DNA of 64,000 nt. It comes from Tubulanus polymorphus (taxonomy: Eukaryota > Animalia > Nemertea). How positions within the stretch are numbered: the first letter of the stretch is position 1; each line of letters starts with the position of its first letter. Made by a program: the position numbers and the translations under genes. Under the pieces are notes generated by a model. It was not told the origin of the DNA. It saw only the letters and a program-made list of their open reading frames with translations, and did not search any database. The stretch lies in the NCBI RefSeq assembly GCF_964204645.1, contig NC_134025.1, forward strand, positions 26,268,299 to 26,332,298. Reading direction: 5' to 3'. This document shows, one piece after another, positions 39,301-64,000 of the stretch.

Positions 39301-40446
39301 CCGCTTTCCTTGTAAGATTAAAGCTTCGGATACATTAACGCGATAATACATGGATGTCCGCAACCGGAGAATTTATGTATGCCGTATCAAATACCGAAAA
39401 TGAAGTCAAGGAATGGATCGAGTTGCCATGGATTAGCATCCAGAATCTAATATAAAATTTGAATGATAGCACGATTAAGCTTTCACGAAACTGTGTAGTC
39501 ACTCAAGTTGAATCCTCTTTCAAAACCAAAATTGTAAATTTCAAATACGATAGAAAGGTATGACGAAAATTAATAAAGAGAAATATTTTCAGTCTACTAC
39601 AACGCTTCGAATCGATGTTTACAGCGCTGCAGTTTCCACGATGAAGTATATCCAAAAGTGACTCCTTTAGATAACGAGGTAGTGGTGAATCATTTGTTAG
39701 CGCTTTGCGAAGGAAACACACGGTTTTCATATTTTCAACTGTCTGCTAGATAAGTCATAAAACTTGACCGTTTTCTATACATTGACTCAGGAAATATGAT
39801 TCATTGATATGGTGAAAAGTGATGATAGGTGAAAACATTGTACCATTTAAAGAAAAGTTTAGATTTAAGGTGTGTATATGTGGAATGAAACACAACCGAG
39901 ATGTACGAGATACAATTTATGATGCATTTATCTAACAGATGAATAAAAACACTTGTCAAATGTCCCTGACAAAACGTAAATACAGAAATCGCCTAACTGA
40001 AGTCTCACGTGATGATTAGAAATCAGTGCCAAGAATTAAGAAAATTACAATATCTCGATACATTTGATCGTGCAAGATGGACACATTGGTTGGAACATAA
40101 CGTACCCCTTTTCGTAGTTGTCCTTTTTTGTGACCAATAAAAACACCGAACACCAAACCACGGAATAGATGCAAGTCAGAACGTTTACATAAGTTGTATA
40201 TCCACAGGTTTTGAATTCGCCCCACTCTGGTTTTAGCATCGTCCCATTTGGTCCACCGGTTTCTATTTCAGCTGAACCATATAGTAAACAATTGTCATTG
40301 AAATCTTTGGTCGTAGTCGCCATTGGAACGCAAACAAGCAGACTAAAAACAAAGGTGGCCACATACAAAATCACTTGCACCCAGCGCAATGTCACTTGCG
40401 CACGTGTGGCCATTTCAGGATTATATTTCCCGCGCTTTAGCAACAT
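5866..40446 (-). CDS. TMEM179: TMEM179-like four-pass membrane protein, ~346 aa, 4 coding exons (40446-40106, 9047-8916, 6622-6538, 6348-5866)
   Basis: Joined translation: QVILYVATFVFSLLVCVPM..DFNDNCLLY..WGEFKTCGY / LFNTVLFTFELIGSCVMSLGLRKWC / CEATQYLRW..SRFYILLTISE / ISSW. This matches the TMEM179 family pattern (F..CLL, WG...C, S.G...WC, C...Q..W, FY..L). All three introns are GT-AG with matching phases (2,2,0). Confidence 0.85.
6538..6622 (-). CDS. TMEM179: TMEM179-like exon 3
   Basis: cttcag|...|gtacgt boundaries; encodes FTCEATQYLRWPGNVNGSRFYILLTISE. Confidence 0.82.
8916..9047 (-). CDS. TMEM179: TMEM179-like exon 2 (TM3)
   Basis: ttttcag|...|gtgag boundaries; encodes KADKIIFPTLLFNTVLFTFELIGSCVMSLGLRKWCQAL. 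Confidence 0.85.
22415..22464. repeat. 21-bp-arm hairpin in TMEM179 intron 1
   Basis: tgtcgtttgcaacagagtcat / 8-nt loop / atgactctgtttcaaacgata; one mismatch and one G-T pair. Confidence 0.7.
28692..28885 (-). repeat. 3' LTR (194 bp)
   Basis: Identical by eye to 34914-35107; minus-strand AATAAA at 28783-28788. Confidence 0.97.
28886..28897 (-). other. Polypurine-tract region (…CGCCGCCGGGAG on minus strand) abutting the 3' LTR
   Basis: Lies immediately upstream of the 3' LTR; short GC-rich/GGGAG tract as usual for BEL/Pao. Confidence 0.6.
29075..29123. repeat. ~4 x 13-bp tandem repeat (CTTTGACATTAAA-like) in the retrotransposon 3' UTR
   Basis: ctttgacattaaa cattgacattaag ctttgacgttaaa ctttgacatt. 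Confidence 0.8.
29567..34894 (-). CDS. BEL/Pao Gag-Pol polyprotein (~1775 aa from the ATG at 34894)
   Basis: Gag LPKLALPNFDG; three Cys/His knuckles (CAFCKGPH..C, CYNCFGNH..C, CKVCKGKHH..H); protease ILFDEGAQCSFI; RT SDIEKAF and YVDN; RNase H FADAS..AYG, IPRLEL and NPADLLTRG; integrase HHCC, GVDFTG, SDNG, GFYER. Confidence 0.97.
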   Translation of the reverse strand: MGSEGRLTAIRRAQRGQMTKIFGKTEEKLAEILLVDESSRTLETVQPFSTLIDALFTKFEYLRQLDQQLMDEIVDETELTNTIVESDDYLTEIQIKLGRFKLNLDNLLAKIPKPQSLNESVSTINRSSTTSTGSKKVNLPKLALPNFDGDILKWSTFYDNFISAVDSDPHLDDIQKFQYLVAQLTDEAARTIEGLQITSANYKEALTILVERYGQPHKIVNAYIRALLDLQPPQDHESLREFYDSLETYIRGLRALGKSEDAFGDILVPVVFDKLPSPVKTQISREHGDRAWTLKELRDAIRKEIQATQAGASCVNFDNEKLSALHISTKTRKNPASKNNSCAFCKGPHTAFSCDIIVNPKKRQDIIKANRKCYNCFGNHMVTACQSKYRCKVCKGKHHTAIHIDRNTDTHIESKNIHVNIAPTSSPVLLKSAIGQINYGSNSTTVNILFDEGAQCSFITKKSVNELGVRLDKFEKQDVSISTFGDNSPGARTLRSIDLRLRTRKGEIGLRALVVPEICPPIQNNVKLAVTNHPYLRNLPLAPYVNTSNCEINLLIGADYYWSIVENEVVRGAGPTAVSSKLGFLLSGPINLNANTSVLHTTCLLNTIHSNDEFSKLSNYWDLEVIGIKETIKSETMNFETYRDNYLKRDTSGKYIANLPWKEDYPPLPTNFDICTARTRSMVKRLSPELRQTYNAIIAEQLSREFIEIVENDDKSQGHYIPHHSVKKESITTPIRIVYDCSCKQGDNPSLNDCLESGPSLINDLVQILIRFRTKNVAFTSDIEKAFLNVKLGENDRNFTKFLWLSDPTDPDSPFKVYRFKSVLFGSTSSPFILNSVVKTHLQSENTEISIDMQSNIYVDNVLSGSHNAKKAIEYFEEATNTMSRGGFILRSWATNDPELRSLIKQQAMGENNEIVNVVGLQWDTISDTLQFSKAIKDPAMCTQSVVSKREVVSVTASLFDPLGLLSPVHIQAKMFIQKLWQSKQTWDEPLSDELSSLWFEIHQQLYACQHTAIQRPYFGQPTSECELHIFADASPNAYGAVAYLKTDKSTSIIMAKSRVKPLKEVTIPRLELLAALIAARLAKFIRDAFDKSNLSLTKCVLWSDSQITIHWIRSEKKLPTFVENRVREIRSVKFDIINYCPTKDNPADLLTRGINTQDLDNSRLWWFGPTWLPNGDWPIDRLNNSTVLYCSVNNSESHSQQCAELASTNSISVLSTTATPSEPSGIQKVIDVEQFNSLNKLLRVTACVLRFISIMKKTCQPRHNHITVPEIRLARTTWVRSLQDDEFSNEIKCIQKGGRGTQLTKQLNLFTDKEGLIRCGGRFQNANLNYNAKYPILLPSKHPYTKLVISDAHKMVLHSGLQSTLCYIRQSYWIPRIRQIVSPIIRKCSVCIRHDGKSYRAPITPPLPACRLKEAPPFTITGVDFTGHLYYRTKHSKQNKAYICLFTCAVSRAIHLEIVTDLTPASFMRAFRRFASRRSLPSQLISDNGSTFLSAENDIKEIFKSTKVRNFLSNKLVTWTFIPKRAPWFGGFYERLVGITKNTLKKVVGRACITLDELSTLITEIEATINDRPLTYMTNDDDEIIPLTPSHLICGRMITLLPQPVVEENELIDPNFNLPSIGFSDANKRMKYLDSLFQDYWIRWRNEYLPTLRENHCQTLKRGGITENHVKIGDIVIVHDDSKKRIFWQLAIIEGLNKGNDGLVRSAVIRTKSGITNRPLKKLYPLEINSDSGEKMNDESSPLISNIQPPMKIKRNAALNARNKIKNWCDKLVD
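34893..34910 (-). other. Primer-binding site complementary to the tRNA-His 3' end
   Basis: Minus strand TGGTGCCGTGACCAGGAT, 3 nt after the 5' LTR; complement of ...ATCCTGGTCACGGCA-CCA, the invertebrate-type tRNA-His(GUG) 3' end as recalled. Confidence 0.9.
34914..35107 (-). repeat. 5' LTR (194 bp)
   Basis: TG...CA ends; TATA-like TTTATATATTT near 35055-35065 and AATAAA at 35005-35010 on the minus strand. Confidence 0.97.
40106..40446 (-). CDS. TMEM179: TMEM179-like exon 1 (TM1, TM2); start could alternatively be the ATG at 40413
   Basis: ORF 40045-40446 is cut by the donor gg|gtacgt at 40105; contains two hydrophobic segments and the DFNDNCLLY and WG...C motifs. Confidence 0.87.
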
Positions 40447-41919
40447 TCAGAAATTATTAAACGAAAAATACCGCTTCGTGAACAAGACACGCCCAAATGC
40501 CATATCACATCCACCAGAGACGATAAAGGGATGACGGCCATGAAAGCACACTTGTGTATCCACTTTATTCGAACATTGTTTCTGGTGATTGACACCAGAA
40601 CAACGCCAACTTTACCACATGCCGGTAAACCGACTGTCCATGCAGAGTCGTAGTACTGCTCGCGTATGTTGTAATTGCGCGCATGGCGATTAGAAGCGTT
40701 GCTCGTCGATGGAAGCACCGCTCATGGAATGCGAATATCTAATAATTCCATTTCGCTTTGTATGTATTGATTCCCACGCGCACCTGCTATTGCAACCGTG
40801 CGACGGCAAGGATAAACTCAGTTCCTCGAATGTGGATAAATACGCTACTACATCAACCACAGTAGTTTGTACTCTGTATCTCACAAGCGTATACCGCGCC
40901 GAACCAGTCAATGCCACCCTTTCTACAAAAGCCAAGAAAATGTTAGATAAATATTGGTGTAAAGAGTTGTTTCATATTCCCAACACATTCTGAGAATTGT
41001 TCGCCATTCTACGTCATTAAAACATCCCCGCAATGCATATGATAGTCCCAATCTCCGCAATGCATTTAGTCATTGAATATACATGGAACATTCTTGCGAT
41101 TCATATGCCAAAACTAAGGGTGCGCATATTTGTTCTGCCAACGTTTGACTCGAAATTCCAACGTATGAACACGAACATGTGGCACACTTAAATTGTTACG
41201 TTCTGCGGCATTTCAGACGAATCTTTTTGGAAATAGTAAGAGGATCATTTTTTTGGGGAAAAAAGTAATCATTTTTGCAGAAGATGCCAAATCCAGCGAT
41301 GGCATAAATACCATTTGCATACATCTCAATCCTTTCCGAACTCAACAAAATCGTGGCATATATACATACAATTTCTCAATGGCGCAATCCCTCGCATGGC
41401 ACGATTGGAAAACGTGTGAATTTGAGAAAGAAACGACTGAAATGATAGCATATATAACGAGTCACTGTCTAACTCAATTTACTTTTGTTGAATGCTCTTT
41501 AAATCGATCTGGAAATAAGACATATTGGATGACTTTATTAATGAAAAATTACGGAACATCGCTTGAGAAGAGCAACCTCTGGAATTACCAAATTCAGAAT
41601 AGGAAATCTGACATAATCGATAAGGGGAATCTATGCTTTTCTTGATTCAGTAATAATATTCGGCATATCGATTGACATGCAGATGTTACCATTTTTGCAT
41701 ATGTGACAAGTTTTTCCCACAATGGAAGACTTCTTCGAGACAATCGTGATTTCATCGAATTTCATACATTTTGTTACATTCATTCTTTCATTTGTAAGGA
41801 GCCTGTCCTTTCCAATAGATAAGTGGGTGTCTAATCACTAAGACGTGTTGGTACGACGTTCATCAGACGTTCGTGCATCAGTTACATATGAGCAGAATTT
41901 CAAATAAGTCTCGGAGATC

Positions 41920-61602
<19,683 letters not shown>

Positions 61603-64000
61603 GTGTCTTCATCGATTGGACCCAATGAAATGAAAATTAAATATTCGAAAAAGAATATGTAATGGTGATAGATTATATTTTTTTCCAGAGTTTACAATCA
61701 TGAAATATGCTTGATACCAATGTAAATAGATCGACATAAAAATCACATGAAGCGAAATGTTGAGATATTTTTGAAGAGTTGATCTAGTGCATGTTTCTGT
61801 CGATGGTTTATCTCTTCGTCTTTTTTTAAGAACATCTTTGAAATCTACGTGTGAGCTTTTCTCATTAAACAGTGAATAGTGCTTTCCATTGCGATTCCGT
61901 TCAGGATGAAGAAAAATCATTTCGAACACCGCGTGCTATCAGTTTAAAAGAACTTTCACATTAGTCCCAGGAAACAAAGACCAGCACCGTCATTCGACTC
62001 AACATAGATTTAGACCTGCCGTAAATCAAAGCATTTGCATTCCAATATGAAAAAACCTCTCGAATCGCGACTTAGATCTTGCGTAGGCATCCTTAAAAAA
62101 CAAATCTATCAATCATTGTACTAAAAACGGATGCGCTCCATTGTAAGCCCCCGCAACGCGAACAAGATATTCAGATCGTTATTATAGTAGATCACGCATT
62201 TAGTTGCCTTTGAAGGCACTCTACAGACTCATTTATTACCGGGTAAGTCTATTATTCACTCAAACTATACGGACTCGAATAAATAAACAACCAAATACGA
62301 TCGTCAACACAAAATCTACAGTGTCGTTAAGCGTCGATTTTCTTGACCAATAAATTTGTAGACGAGACCGAAATTACTGATTGTTGATGTCTCGTGAGAA
62401 TCAATGTCCCTGGTCGTTTATCTGAATACACGAACTACAGTCTGCGGGGTAACGCAAACAACTATTGGCAGCGGTTTTTCTTTCAAAAGCTCTCAATAAT
62501 CGTGTGCATTATCTAATCCGGCGGTTACAATTTATTGCAATAAAATTCTGATTTAAAAAACGACACAAGTCGAATAAGCTATTAAACGTTGATTTTTACA
62601 ACTATTAAATACGCGTTAGTTGGAGGTGATAGATTAGGCGCAATGGATTTATTTCGAAGTTGATAACAGCCAACCGGATTCAATCTATCATTCTTCGCCG
62701 AATATTATCATACGCTCGAAATGAATTGCTACAGACAACAATACCAACAAAATAGAGAAAATAATTGTAATGCCGGTGTTTCCTTGTTAATTAAATCCCG
62801 CTACTGTGGTGTAGATAATTGAAGCGCAATCATAAGCGTACGTATGAATCGCGTTGCAACGTTGTTACACAACCATAAACTAGAGTCTTTCGTTTGCAAA
62901 AAAATATAATACACTTCAGCATCTCCGAACATTCTGAACGTATCACAGGTAAATAATACCGACGGATTTCACTGTTTTGGTGTAACTTGGTGGTAGAAAT
63001 GCTGAAGTGTAGGTGATATATCCCTCGTATGTGAGAAATAGCCATAAGAAATAATTACAGGAAAATGTCAGCCCGCATTGTTTAATCTTTCATCTTTTCT
63101 TATTTTCTCTGTATGTCTGATTTGATGTAATCTAATACCGCCTTGCAATCATACCAATGGATTTCTAACCGTATAGTTCGCAGTCCGCGGCCACATTCTC
63201 TGTAATTTCCGGGTAGCGTTTGTTTGGCAATGACATACACCGACACCCTCTCCAAGTATATGAAATTCGATGCACAAAATCAACACTGGTCGGACTGAAA
63301 ACACGGAACCCGTTCAAAATATATTTATGGAAACGAAGTGATGGCGATGTCCTGACGTGTAAAGCACCTAATGAGAAATCTGATAAACAACGAAAGTTTA
63401 TGAAAAATGACCAAACGGTTTCAACCCCATAAAATATCGAATATCCTCAGAAAAAAATTCTTTCGTGACCAAATGCTAAATGTTCGCCTCCTTTTGTATT
63501 TATATCAATTTCCATTCTAGCTACGGTTTTAACCTAGTCTGAAACACGCGAACTAACTTTATCAATTATACGACAACTACTTACTCAGTCCGTATGGATG
63601 AAGATAGATAGGTGACAAATGGATTATCTTTTTCATGAAATCCAACTGAAATGATTCAACTAGTGGTTTTCGTTCTGTTCATCGAAGATGTTCATCTACC
63701 AAAATATCGATGCCGTCCCTTCTGGCAAATTTTATGCATATGGTTGTCATTGAAATATGCAACCGATAGATCATTAAAATTCATAATTGTACTCGCATAA
63801 TAGCAAAAAAAAAAAAACGTTCATGCCGCGCCGTCATAATGCTGACGAAGCCGATTGTTGTTTGATCACTAACTAAAGTTGGAAGTGTCGAATAATTTTA
63901 TACCGCTCGTAGACAACGTCGAAATAGCATTTTCACATTGAAATCAGTCAGATCTTCATTTCATTTGAAGTGATAAGAAATCAGTATACTAAACAATATC

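Noticed and set aside
41193-41645. 150-aa ORF upstream of the cadherin gene
   Set aside because: TTG start, no domain or splice link; the cadherin gene has its own ATG and signal peptide at 41920.

Overview
AT-rich animal (probably invertebrate) genomic DNA with spliceosomal introns. From left to right: (1) a small spliced minus-strand orphan gene (845-2904) encoding a ~128-aa acidic/Pro-rich peptide with five (P/A)(I/V)G(F/L)E repeats and an LYPNL motif; (2) a 4-exon TMEM179-like gene on the minus strand (5866-40446) with a 31-kb first intron; (3) inside that intron, an intact BEL/Pao LTR retrotransposon (28692-35107) with identical 194-bp LTRs, a GGGTG target-site duplication, a tRNA-His PBS and one gag-pol ORF; (4) head-to-head with TMEM179, a ~58-exon plus-strand gene (41920-61602) for a ~4,100-4,200-aa surface protein: signal peptide, 8 TSP1, EGF, CCP-like module, ~30 cadherin repeats, 4-5 EGF, and a C-terminal GPI-type signal with no cytoplasmic tail. 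Its cadherin repeats resemble bacterial-type repeats and follow a 4-domain super-repeat. Its introns hold a palindrome with Penelope-type hammerhead motifs, a near-perfect hairpin, a 245-bp TA tract and a candidate GA-AG intron. All gene models were assembled by hand from splice signals and reading phase; no database search was run.
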